In this document: piece after piece, positions 1-7,996 of the stretch
Position numbering within the stretch: the first letter of the stretch is position 1
Layout of the letters: each line of letters starts with the position of its first letter
The notes under the pieces: model-generated
Databases searched by the model: none
What the model saw: only the letters and a program-made list of their open reading frames with translations
Told to the model about the DNA's origin: nothing
Virus record (IMG/VR): IMGVR_UViG_3300031890_000412
Span: 62,001-125,723 of that record
Strand: one strand, 5' to 3'
DNA from: an uncultured virus (IMG/VR IMGVR_UViG_3300031890_000412)
Taxonomy: Duplodnaviria; Heunggongvirae; Uroviricota; Caudoviricetes
DNA: 63,723 nucleotides
Made by a program: the position numbers and the translations under genes

Positions 1-268
1 AGATCCGGTGCCGGAAGTCCTTGCCCACCGCCCCGTAGGCCAGCCCGTGGCTGGTCTTGCAGGTGACGTGCCCGGGGAACTTGCCCGAGGCATCCAGCTG
101 GATCGGCTTGTTGTAGGCCACGTACAGGCTGCGTTTCGGCAGCTGCTCGGCCACCATCACCAGGGTGGACGTCTTGCCCGTCCCGGCGCCCGCCTGCACG
201 ACCAGGTTGTCCCCGCTCAGGGCCCCGTCGATGACCGCCTGCTGTTCGGCGGTCGGTGGGTATTCCAT
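1..268 (-). CDS. UvrD/REP-family (SF1) helicase, N-terminal part (runs off window)
   Basis: Not in the ORF track. Manual translation from ATG 268 gives MEYPPTAEQQAVI...LVVQAGAGTGKTSTL (Q motif, Walker A)...LYVAYNK (motif Ia)...TSHGLAY. RBS GGAAGGGAG upstream. Confidence 0.85.
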   Translation of the reverse strand, partial: MEYPPTAEQQAVIDGALSGDNLVVQAGAGTGKTSTLVMVAEQLPKRSLYVAYNKPIQLDASGKFPGHVTCKTSHGLAYGAVGKDFRHRI

Positions 269-300
269 GTGTGTCTCCCTTCCTTACAATCTCATGAACG

Positions 301-323
301 AGTTTACCCTACAGGTATATTCC
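301..323 (-). promoter_or_regulatory. Repeated early promoter/operator, copy 1
   Basis: Minus strand GGAATATACC-TGTAG-GGTAAACT. TAAACT fits a TANNNT -10 element and overlaps an ACC-N5-GGT dyad. Lies upstream of the helicase. Confidence 0.7.
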
Positions 324-326
324 CTA

Positions 327-923
327 TCACATCCACTCGGGGCGTATCCGACGCCACCGCTCCACTGTTCCCTGAGGCACCGACCGTTGATATCCCTGAC
401 GGTGCAACACAGACTTGGATATCCCGAACTCCACCACCACCTCGGCCAGCCTGATCAGTGGCTGGGGATGCAGATTCAGCTCGGGGCGCGGCGCCGGGGC
501 GGGTTTGTCGCTAACGATGACTGGCTGCAGGGTGGGTGGCTCGGGCTTGGGTTGGCGACGACGCGCGGGACGCTGTCCTTTCGGCCTGGCCCGTCGGGGA
601 GTCAGGTTGGCGCCGTAAAACCGCAGGAACGTCCTCGTCGCTCGGGTCAGCGTCCAACCCTCGTTCTCCTTGTGCAGCTTGTGCACGAGGTCGTGACAAC
701 GCTGACACAGCGGAACCAGATCGGAGTCCAACTCAGCTCCCATCCGCCGGTAGGTGTGGTGATGCAGGTGGATGTCGATGACGCTCCCGCACGCCTGGCA
801 CTGCCTCTTGTGATTGGCATAGAAGGCTGCCTTCCTGCGCTCCCAGCTGGTCGAATTGATGTACTGGGCGTATTCGTCTTTGCTGCGCCTTCTACGGGGC
901 TCTGAGCGGGTTTGCTGGGGAAT
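327..923 (-). CDS. HNH endonuclease with a possible C-terminal HTH; probable ATT start at 923
   Basis: The frame is open upstream of ATG 743 and reads YAQYINSTSWERRK..CQACG..IHLHHHTYRRMGAE..DLVPLCQRCHDLVH, a complete Zn-HNH. No upstream in-frame ATG/GTG/TTG precedes the stop. AGGAG lies 7 nt before ATT. Confidence 0.8.
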   Translation of the reverse strand: MPQQTRSEPRRRRSKDEYAQYINSTSWERRKAAFYANHKRQCQACGSVIDIHLHHHTYRRMGAELDSDLVPLCQRCHDLVHKLHKENEGWTLTRATRTFLRFYGANLTPRRARPKGQRPARRRQPKPEPPTLQPVIVSDKPAPAPRPELNLHPQPLIRLAEVVVEFGISKSVLHRQGYQRSVPQGTVERWRRIRPEWM

Positions 924-1376
924 TGGAGTTCTCCTGGGTCTTAGGGCCTACTTCGGGCCTTGCCTCGGTGACCCCCCAGGCGACTGACCCCCATTTGCCA
1001 TCTCCGGTACTGTCACACCACCTCTGGCCCCCTGTCTTGGAGTGACAGAGAGCTGATACGCATTGACCTGAGGCTTGCTCTGCAGCTGCGAGCTTCGGGT
1101 ACCCGGCCCGGCCCGGGATTTCCTCGTAGGAGACTCAGTACCGGGAGCCGTGTCAGGTACTCCGGATACGGAACGGGAAGGGAGAGCGGGTTTTTCGGCG
1201 GGTCTCCCCGTAAGCGCCGGTAGGAGGGGCAGTGGCAGCTGCAACAATTACCATCCGGTAACCGGGAGCGCAACCCCGTCCAACATGTTGGGTGAACTGG
1301 TTGCACTACCCCCCAGATGTAGAGATACTCTCAGATACGCACAGAGATGCGTGGAGACAGTGGCAACTTCTCCGAA

Positions 1377-1414
1377 GGGCCCCGGCACATGGGAGCCGGG
1401 GCTCTTTTCTTTCC
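1377..1414 (+). terminator. GC hairpin followed by a T-rich tract
   Basis: GCCCCGGC-acatggga-GCCGGGGC then TCTTTTCTTT. Confidence 0.5.
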
Positions 1415-1445
1415 ACAAGTCGTCCAATTTTCCTACAATGAGCTG
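1411..1445 (+). promoter_or_regulatory. SigA-like promoter giving a leaderless helicase mRNA
   Basis: TACAAT at 1434-1439, 6 nt before GTG 1446. TTCCAC sits 17 nt upstream. No RBS present. Confidence 0.55.
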
Positions 1446-3371
1446 GTGACACACGCGACGGTTGAGTCGACCATCGAACTTTTGGCCAGCGACCCCGAGG
1501 TCGACCTGGACACCGTCGTGTTGGTCAGCGAGTCCACCGCCTACTCGGGCTGCCTGCGTTTCGAACCGTTCGACGGGGACCGGCAGGGCTTCTTCCAGCG
1601 CTACGGCTTGGAGGAGAACTGGATCAGCCGGTTCCTGGTGCTCAACGAGCACCACAACCTGCGCCATTTCATCCGCCAGCTGCTCGACGACAGCTGGCTG
1701 CTGGTGTATGACCCGTCGGCGGATCCGATCCTAGCCGACTTCGAGCGCTGGGCGGCGCCGCTGGACGTGCAGGGCTTCACCTGCCCGCACCACGGGCAGC
1801 TGCGGCCCTATCAGACCTTCGGGATTCAGCGGGCGCTGGAACGGAACGAGGCTCAGAAGGCCTCTGAGCGCCTCACGGTGCCCGGGTGGTGTGCCGGTGC
1901 CGGGAAGAGCCTGTTCGCCTGCGCAGGGGCTCAGGAGCTGGCCAACAGGGGCCTTGTGGACGTGGTGCTAGCTTTCACCCTGATGCGCCACAAAGACAAC
2001 CTGCGGGCGTTCTTCGCCGACACCACCGAGCTGAAAGCCGTTGTGGTGGACGGGACTAAAGACCGGCGCCGCAAGCTCTACGCCAGCGAGCACGACGTGT
2101 TCGTGGTCAACTACGACAAACCGCGCTTCGACTTCGAGGAACTGTCCGAGCTGACCGCCGGAAAGCGTGTGCTGTTCGTGCTCGACGAGGTGCAGAAGGT
2201 GCTTACCGCCGAGACCAAGACCCAGGCCCGCAAGGCGCTCGATCAGCTGATCAAGGGCTGCCGGGCCACCATCTGGCCGATGACTGCCTCCATTGTGGGC
2301 TCCAATCCGCTACGCTACCGCTCGCTGTTCGCCTTGAGTCAAGCTCGGGACAACCCGCTGGGCAGCCGGGCGGACTTCGAGGAGCGCTACCTGGAACGCG
2401 ACAACTGGGGCAACCCGAAGAAGCGCACCTACCAGCGCACCACCCGCCACGGCGGGTCGTTCACCGTCACCGACTACGACTGGGATTTGGCCGCGTTGCA
2501 TGAGGTGCGCCACCGGGTGGCCGACCGGGTGCAGAACGCGCGTAAAGGCGATCCCGGTGTGCGCGAATACTTCCCGCCGCTGCAAGTGGAGTTCATCCCG
2601 ATCCAGATGAGTCCCGAGGACCGCCAGCTGATCGACGAGATCGAGTACCTGGCCCGCATCGCCAAGCGTGAGGGGGAGTCGTTGACGTCCTACGCGCTGC
2701 TGCAGCGGTACGTGTGCAACACGCCGGAAGCGTTGGCGCACTCCATCTCACCGCTGGCGCGGGTGCTGATGGAGGAATACCCCCGGCTGATCACCAGCGC
2801 CAACTCCGCGAAGATGGAGTACTTCCTCGACCAGGTGGAATCGATTGCCGACGCCGGAGATAAATGCGTCGCTTTCACCAAATGGACCAATTTGGGCTTG
2901 CATATTTTGAGTCGTGAGCTGGACAAGCGCAAGGTGAAGCATGTGGTGCACTACGGCACCGGCCAGACCGCCAAGGAGTCCCAGCGGGCCCAGGACTGTT
3001 TCAAGGCCGATGCCGAGATCACGTTGTTCCTGTCCAGCGACGCCGGGGCGTATGGCCTCAACATGCAGGAGGCCAAGTACTGCATCCAGTACGAATGCCC
3101 GTACAGCTACGACGATTTCCAGCAGCGGATCAACCGGATCCACCGCACCGACTCCCAGCTGGCCGGGCTGACCGCGTACATCTATGTGACCGAGAACTCG
3201 ATCGAGGAGCGCATCGCCGGGATCTGCGAGTATCGGCGCCAGCTGGCCGAGGCCACGCTGGGCACGAGTGAAGTCGTCTCGTTACCTGAGATCGCCACCC
3301 GAGACGAGATATCGAACGCTGATTATTTACTTTTCGGAGATGACCGTGATTTTTGGAAACGAGTGACATGA
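1446..3371 (+). CDS. SNF2-family (SF2) helicase
   Basis: LRPYQ, GAGKS (I), VVNYD, LDEVQ (II), TAS (III), GAYGLNMQEA (V), QRINRIHR (VI). Start moved from 1347 to in-frame GTG 1446. Confidence 0.9.
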   Translation: MTHATVESTIELLASDPEVDLDTVVLVSESTAYSGCLRFEPFDGDRQGFFQRYGLEENWISRFLVLNEHHNLRHFIRQLLDDSWLLVYDPSADPILADFERWAAPLDVQGFTCPHHGQLRPYQTFGIQRALERNEAQKASERLTVPGWCAGAGKSLFACAGAQELANRGLVDVVLAFTLMRHKDNLRAFFADTTELKAVVVDGTKDRRRKLYASEHDVFVVNYDKPRFDFEELSELTAGKRVLFVLDEVQKVLTAETKTQARKALDQLIKGCRATIWPMTASIVGSNPLRYRSLFALSQARDNPLGSRADFEERYLERDNWGNPKKRTYQRTTRHGGSFTVTDYDWDLAALHEVRHRVADRVQNARKGDPGVREYFPPLQVEFIPIQMSPEDRQLIDEIEYLARIAKREGESLTSYALLQRYVCNTPEALAHSISPLARVLMEEYPRLITSANSAKMEYFLDQVESIADAGDKCVAFTKWTNLGLHILSRELDKRKVKHVVHYGTGQTAKESQRAQDCFKADAEITLFLSSDAGAYGLNMQEAKYCIQYECPYSYDDFQQRINRIHRTDSQLAGLTAYIYVTENSIEERIAGICEYRRQLAEATLGTSEVVSLPEIATRDEISNADYLLFGDDRDFWKRVT

Positions 3372-3796
3372 CTGTTCTCCCCTTCCCCGGCCCCAGTGAC
3401 GGCGCCCGACACAGTGATCCACCCACCAGTTGGAAGGCAGCAGCCATCAACCAAAGCCGCCGCAATGAACTGCGGTTCAATATGCTCTACACGCATGGGA
3501 TCCTGCTCAGGGACCGACCCAACTGGTACGTGGGACAACAAGGATTAACCGCCGACGAAATCGCCCGCGTGATGAACCTTCCCGTCCCCGCTAACGGCGG
3601 GACGTCCAAAATGTGCCATTGGAAGCGCCACTCCGAGCTGTACCGCGTCTTCGGTTATTTGGACGTCACCCTCATCGGCAACCAGGAGTTGGAGCGCGAG
3701 GGCCAGCATGTGCTGATAATCAACCAGCGTGGCCTGCGGCACATCGACGACATGCTGAGAAGATATCCGAACATGACCGAGCGGAAATTTGACTGA
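3368..3796 (+). CDS. Winged-helix DNA-binding protein (AR.TDP.TS..AA type)
   Basis: ARHSDPPTSWKAA and GLTADEIA. ATGA overlap with the helicase stop. Confidence 0.6.
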   Translation: MTVLPFPGPSDGARHSDPPTSWKAAAINQSRRNELRFNMLYTHGILLRDRPNWYVGQQGLTADEIARVMNLPVPANGGTSKMCHWKRHSELYRVFGYLDVTLIGNQELEREGQHVLIINQRGLRHIDDMLRRYPNMTERKFD

Positions 3797-4494
3797 TGAG
3801 CGAGTTCGTCTTCAGCTCCAACCAGGTCACCAACTCCGAGCAGTACTACTTCCCGGCCAGCCTGGAAGCGTTGGAGATGACTCCCAACTTGAAGCGGTGC
3901 TCGCTGACCAACGCCATGCGCTTCGGCGGGCCGCTGGTGCGGCTGATCCTGGAAACCGCGCCGCTGGAAGGCGACGGCGAGGACATCTACGTCGAGACGG
4001 TGGTCAACTACCTGCACGTGGGCCAGTGCCCCACCCAGCCGGGCTGGCATCTCGACGACATCCCCCGGCTCACCCCCGAAGAGCCCACCCAGCTGCCCGG
4101 CATGACCCCCGATGCCATGGACTACCCGTCGCTGACCGAGATGGTCAAGCAGACCCAGGCCGGGCGCCACGTGCGCCACCACACCATCGTGGTGGGCAAC
4201 CCGTGCCCCACCGTGTTCGCCAACGAGCCGGTGACCCTGGACATCGAGCACCCCGACGACTGGGGGGTGATGCGCGACATCCACGCCAAGGCCAGCGCGG
4301 CGAGCTTCGAGGCGATCGCGTTCCCCAACGGCATGTGGACGACGTGGGACTGGTGGAACCTGCACCGGCCGTGCCAAGCCAGCCAGTCGGGGTGGCGACT
4401 GCTGCTGCGCATCGGGGAGGGCGGGGACCGGCCGGTCGAGCACGATTTCTTCAAGCCGATCCACCACGTCTACGTCCCGTCCACCGCGATTTGA
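3796..4494 (+). CDS. 2OG-Fe(II) oxygenase-like protein
   Basis: PGWHLD (HxD), distal LHR, RLLLR strand. TGATG coupling. Confidence 0.65.
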   Translation: MSEFVFSSNQVTNSEQYYFPASLEALEMTPNLKRCSLTNAMRFGGPLVRLILETAPLEGDGEDIYVETVVNYLHVGQCPTQPGWHLDDIPRLTPEEPTQLPGMTPDAMDYPSLTEMVKQTQAGRHVRHHTIVVGNPCPTVFANEPVTLDIEHPDDWGVMRDIHAKASAASFEAIAFPNGMWTTWDWWNLHRPCQASQSGWRLLLRIGEGGDRPVEHDFFKPIHHVYVPSTAI

Positions 4495-4509
4495 TGGGAG
4501 GATCGGCCC

Positions 4510-4848
4510 ATGGCTGAGATCTCAACCAAAGAGCTGTACCGCTACCGCAGCCATCGCACCCTGCAGGAGCTGCACGACTACAAGAAGCTACGGGTGCGAA
4601 TCCGCACCGAAGGGGTGCGCACGCCGGTGGAGCTGCACACCGACGGCCGGTTCGTCTTCATGGCCGAAGGCCACAAGCGGGTAATGATCGCCATCGAACT
4701 GGGTATTAAGACGCTGCCGGTGACCGTCACCGAGCGTGAATTCTCCCGGTCCCGCCGAATGAAATATCGGATCGGACCCGAGCTGGCCGAGCTGCTCAAA
4801 GAAAAGACCGCCGCGACCGTGGGGTCCGACGACGGGGATAACCTATAA
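4510..4848 (+). CDS. ParB/Srx-like nuclease-domain protein
   Basis: IRTEGVRTPVEL..MAEGHKRVMIAIELG..LPV. RBS GGAGG. Confidence 0.75.
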   Translation: MAEISTKELYRYRSHRTLQELHDYKKLRVRIRTEGVRTPVELHTDGRFVFMAEGHKRVMIAIELGIKTLPVTVTEREFSRSRRMKYRIGPELAELLKEKTAATVGSDDGDNL

Positions 4849-5388
4849 GCCTTGCGGGCCTACAACAGGCGGCGGGGTGTAGTACGCCGGGCCCATGCCC
4901 AGGATCCTGGGATTGGCGTTGAGCACCGCCGGATAGTGCTGATGGGCCCGCCACCCCCTGAACCCGGCGTAGCGACCCAGGTGCAGATCCAAGTGGCGCC
5001 AGGGATCGTCCATCTCGCGCTGGCCGTAGACCACGCGCATCAGCTTCCAGACATCGGGCGCGGCCGCGATGAACTCGGCGCGGAACCGCGCGAGCCCCAG
5101 CGGGGTGGCGCCGGTGCCGACGAAGTCGATGCCCTGCTGGTAGCCGAAGAAGCACCAGGGGTGCGGACAATCCAGCAGCGTCTCGATGGCGCCGGGCCAG
5201 GGCACGGTGTCATGCTCCATGGTGATGAAATCCTCGCCGCGCTCCCACGCCGCCGCCATGTAGTCCAGGTAGGCCCATTTGCCGCCTGAGACGTCCACCA
5301 GCGTGACGGGGACCGGGCAGTAGAACGAGGACGCCAGGAAGACCCGGGTGGCCTCTGAGAGCCGCGTGAAGGGCACGTAGAGCCTCAG
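4843..5388 (-). CDS. Glycosyltransferase (GT-A)-like protein; start CTG 5388 or GTG 5376
   Basis: DFITMEHDTVP (DxD-like), LGLARF, W..LD. CTG overlaps the upstream TGA and follows GGAGG. Confidence 0.55.
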   Translation of the reverse strand: MRLYVPFTRLSEATRVFLASSFYCPVPVTLVDVSGGKWAYLDYMAAAWERGEDFITMEHDTVPWPGAIETLLDCPHPWCFFGYQQGIDFVGTGATPLGLARFRAEFIAAAPDVWKLMRVVYGQREMDDPWRHLDLHLGRYAGFRGWRAHQHYPAVLNANPRILGMGPAYYTPPPVVGPQGL

Positions 5389-5537
5389 TGGGCCTCCCGG
5401 CGCCAGGCGTTGCGGTTCCCCTTGCGCGGGTGCTTGTCAGGGCGCCCGTTGGGGATCCGCGTGGAGCGCGGCCGGATCTCAACCCACCGGCGCACGCGCT
5501 CCTTGTGGGCTTGTTCGGCCGCTGTCAGAGTGGGCAT
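5385..5537 (-). CDS. Small basic protein, 50 aa
   Basis: Manual ORF MPTLTAAEQAHKERVRRW...KHPRKGNRNAWRREAH. RBS AAGGAGGT, with promoter copy 2 upstream. Confidence 0.7.
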   Translation of the reverse strand: MPTLTAAEQAHKERVRRWVEIRPRSTRIPNGRPDKHPRKGNRNAWRREAH

Positions 5538-5560
5538 TCCGACCACCTCCTTCCACTTCT

Positions 5561-5580
5561 AGTTTACCAATCAGGTAGTT
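5561..5580 (-). promoter_or_regulatory. Repeated early promoter/operator, copy 2
   Basis: AACTACC-TGATT-GGTAAACT on the minus strand. Confidence 0.65.
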
Positions 5581-5738
5581 ATATCTTTGCGACCGGCTTC
5601 CAGCTCGTCGGCCGTGCAAGTGGTGTCCCAGCACAGCACCTTGCAGTCCTCGTTGCCGCAGAACGCCTGTCGACCTTCGTCGAGGAGGAGGACGGGCGGC
5701 TGGTCACAGTAGGGACAATTGGGAGTGGGAACGCTCAT
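5571..5738 (-). CDS. Small zinc-finger protein
   Basis: MSVPTPNCPYC...FCGNEDC. GGAGG upstream of ATG 5738. Confidence 0.65.
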   Translation of the reverse strand: MSVPTPNCPYCDQPPVLLLDEGRQAFCGNEDCKVLCWDTTCTADELEAGRKDITT

Positions 5739-5771
5739 CGCTCGGCCCTCCGCGCTACCCACATGCGCTCC

Positions 5772-6167
5772 TCAGACATCAGTTGGCGCCATCTGCTCGG
5801 GGCTGACCTCGACGTACTTCCATCGCTCGTTGATGTCGTCGTACCTCGGCTCCACGACGGTGCCGACGTCCAGCTCCTCGACCGCCTCGACGGTGCTCTG
5901 GATGGCGTTCCAGACGATGGGCCCGCCCCAGCCGGTCTCCTTGCCTGCTTTGGCTGCCAGCTGGAACAGATCATCCCAGCTCACCTCGCGCTCAACCACC
6001 TTGGCCGTGGTCGTTGCCCGGTAGGTGGTGGTGCCTGAGATCGAGCGGTCGCAGCCGCAGCCGCCTGCGTTGCAGCAGACGGCGCCGAAGCTGGCCACGA
6101 TCTCGCCCTCGGGCACGTAGCAGAACTCGCCGTAGGGCACTTCCCCCGTGCTCACCAGTACTTTCAT
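5772..6167 (-). CDS. Cys-rich actinobacterial protein (DUF7715-like)
   Basis: FCYVPEGEIV..C..CGCDR..G.T..ATTTAKV. Start ATG 6167 follows GAGGAGACACAC. Confidence 0.65.
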   Translation of the reverse strand: MKVLVSTGEVPYGEFCYVPEGEIVASFGAVCCNAGGCGCDRSISGTTTYRATTTAKVVEREVSWDDLFQLAAKAGKETGWGGPIVWNAIQSTVEAVEELDVGTVVEPRYDDINERWKYVEVSPEQMAPTDV

Positions 6168-6177
6168 GTGTGTCTCC

Positions 6178-6369
6178 TCATTTCTTCTCTTCCTTGCGCT
6201 CGATGCGCAACCAGGCGCTGTAGCCGAACCAGACCAGGGCTCCCAAATGGCTGGGCTCGACGAACCGGACGGCGATGTCGCCGTCGCTGTCGCACCGGGC
6301 CGATTCGACGACCCCGAAACCGAGAATCTCATCCCCCGGCCTGAGGTTGCGGGCCTCGACTCCGATCAT
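6178..6369 (-). CDS. Hypothetical protein
   Basis: 63-aa ORF (ARNLRPGDEI) preceded by GGAAGGAGACACAC. Confidence 0.7.
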   Translation of the reverse strand: MIGVEARNLRPGDEILGFGVVESARCDSDGDIAVRFVEPSHLGALVWFGYSAWLRIERKEEKK

Positions 6370-6572
6370 GCGTGTGTCTCCTTCCGGTAACGGGATCGAT
6401 CCGACCAGTCGACGTCGACCCCGAGCTTGTGCAGGAAGTCGGCCAGCTCGGGACCGAGATCCTGGATGTGATACGCATCCCCGCCGCCGTTGTAGACGAC
6501 GTGGGCCTCCCCGAAGTACTTCCAGAGGAAGTCTTCGATCGCGCAGATGTCGACCTGGGGGTGATCAGGCAT
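6366..6572 (-). CDS. Hypothetical protein
   Basis: 68-aa ORF with TGATG and ATGA coupling to its neighbours. Confidence 0.7.
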   Translation of the reverse strand: MPDHPQVDICAIEDFLWKYFGEAHVVYNGGGDAYHIQDLGPELADFLHKLGVDVDWSDRSRYRKETHA

Positions 6573-6922
6573 CAGAACCTCGCCTCCCGTTCGTGGCCCT
6601 CGACCTGGATGCCCCGGTAGTAGTACACCGAACCCAGGCCCATGCTGTCCGAACTGGGAGGGCCCAGCTCGGCCATGGCCTCCTTGACCTCATCCAGACC
6701 GACTTCGTCGTTCTCGTTCAGGCCCAGCAGCTGGGGTGCCAGCACCTCGGCCAGGGCCATCTGGAAGTCGGCGGGGCCGACCCCTCTGTCTACCGAGTAG
6801 CTCAGGCAGCTGGCGCCATACATGCCACGACCCGAATACTCGGGGCTAAGACGCTCGTCGAGGTCGATCAGCAGCATGCTGATCTTTTGGAACTGCGCCT
6901 CGCTTAGCAAGATCTTTGCCAT
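6572..6922 (-). CDS. Conserved phage protein (YSGRGMYG motif)
   Basis: YSGRGMYG..C and DSMGLG.VYY motifs. GGAAGGAGACACACACAC leader. Confidence 0.75.
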   Translation of the reverse strand: MAKILLSEAQFQKISMLLIDLDERLSPEYSGRGMYGASCLSYSVDRGVGPADFQMALAEVLAPQLLGLNENDEVGLDEVKEAMAELGPPSSDSMGLGSVYYYRGIQVEGHEREARF

Positions 6923-6952
6923 GTGTGTGTGTCTCCTTCCACTTCGTTGAAC

Positions 6953-6968
6953 AGTTTACTCGTCAGGT
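6953..6968 (-). promoter_or_regulatory. Repeated early promoter/operator, copy 3 (degenerate)
   Basis: ACC-TGACG-AGTAAACT on the minus strand. Confidence 0.5.
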
Positions 6969-7204
6969 GCATTCCGGCCGCGTATCTCGGCGCTGACACT
7001 CAGGGCCTGGACCAACGCCATGATCAGATCCCTGGTGGCCTGACCGTCCAGCTCGATCTCGGCGTACTCCTTGCCGATCTCGCTGGGTGCCTCGTCGACA
7101 GACATCTGGATCTGGCCGTTTCCCATGGTCTTGACCACCACCGACTTACCGCCGAAGCGGACCTCGCTGACTTTGGACGCGATGAGACCTGAGTGAAATG
7201 GCAT
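6956..7204 (-). CDS. Hypothetical protein
   Basis: 82-aa ORF with TAATG coupling. Confidence 0.7.
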   Translation of the reverse strand: MPFHSGLIASKVSEVRFGGKSVVVKTMGNGQIQMSVDEAPSEIGKEYAEIELDGQATRDLIMALVQALSVSAEIRGRNAPDE

Positions 7205-7551
7205 TACTTTCCCTTCCTTCGATAGGCGGCGTAGGCCCGCCGCTGGGCCCCGGCACTGGCCAGGTGTGAAGCTGCTTCCCCGTGCCAGCCGACCGATCGG
7301 GCGATCTTGGCGCGGGTCATGAAATCATGCCAGCGCACGTAGCAACCGACGGCATGTCGGTCGGCGTCGCTGAGATCGGCCCACACCGGCCGGGTGTAGG
7401 GATACTCGGGGGTGCCGTGGGTGCGCGCCCACATGGTGATCTCGTCCTTGGTGGGGCAGCGGTAGTACGGCATCCCGTTCTCGTTGAGGGGCTCCAAGAA
7501 GCCGTGATCATGCTTCTTGCCGTAGCCATGACGCTGGGCGGCTGTGGTCAT
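7204..7551 (-). CDS. Hypothetical protein
   Basis: Start at ATG 7551 (MTTAAQRHG), ATGA overlap with the upstream gene. Confidence 0.7.
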   Translation of the reverse strand: MTTAAQRHGYGKKHDHGFLEPLNENGMPYYRCPTKDEITMWARTHGTPEYPYTRPVWADLSDADRHAVGCYVRWHDFMTRAKIARSVGWHGEAASHLASAGAQRRAYAAYRRKGK

Positions 7552-7775
7552 TCTTCGTCCTCTTTGGGAAAAGCCTCGGCCCACTCCTCAGCGGTAACCC
7601 CGGTCATGAGGAACTCGCGCTCATCAGCAGTCAGCTCGGGGAAAACCTCTTGGATATGCTTGCCCTTACCATTGGGGTTGAATCGCCAACACCGAGCCAA
7701 CCGCTCTTCGGTGACCGTCGGCAGGTCTATGGTGTGCTCGACGCCGGTGAATGCCGACTTGCGTGTGACCTTCAT
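7548..7775 (-). CDS. Conserved small phage protein
   Basis: RKS..TG and IQEVFPELTADEREFLMTG.T..EW motifs. GAGACACAC leader. Confidence 0.8.
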   Translation of the reverse strand: MKVTRKSAFTGVEHTIDLPTVTEERLARCWRFNPNGKGKHIQEVFPELTADEREFLMTGVTAEEWAEAFPKEDEE

Positions 7776-7793
7776 GTGTGTCTCTCTTCTAGG

Positions 7794-7807
7794 GGGCCCG
7801 AAGGCCC
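7794..7807 (-). terminator. UUCG-tetraloop hairpin
   Basis: GGGCC-TTCG-GGCCC on the minus strand, just after the TAA at 7811. Confidence 0.5.
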
Positions 7808-7810
7808 GGG

Positions 7811-7948
7811 TTATTGCGCCTCGGACTCGACGTCGGGTGCGCCGTCAATGGCCAGCAGGTCTTGCCGGATGAACTCGGCGCGGGTGTCGCGTACGTTCCA
7901 CACTTCGGTGCGGCCGTCCGCGAATTCGATGCTCACGATCGCGGTCAT
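7811..7948 (-). CDS. Hypothetical protein, 45 aa
   Basis: Manual ORF MTAIVSIEFADGRTEVWNV... with GGGAGACACACACC leader. Confidence 0.65.
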   Translation of the reverse strand: MTAIVSIEFADGRTEVWNVRDTRAEFIRQDLLAIDGAPDVESEAQ

Positions 7949-7996
7949 GGTGTGTGTCTCCCTACCCTTATCTGCACCGCAGGCGCCTGATCTGTG

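Noticed and set aside
8..905. Plus-strand ORFs 8..454 and 165..905
   Set aside because: They are antisense shadows of the UvrD and HNH genes, which carry clear motifs and RBSs.
948..1449. ORFs 948..1247, 1013..1306 and 1075..1449; also a possible tmRNA or tRNA here
   Set aside because: No RBS, codon bias or motifs. I found no tRNA cloverleaf or tmRNA termini.
5735..5779. 14-codon ORF MSEERMWVARRAER bridging two genes
   Set aside because: Too short to support; probably a gene remnant or coupling spacer.
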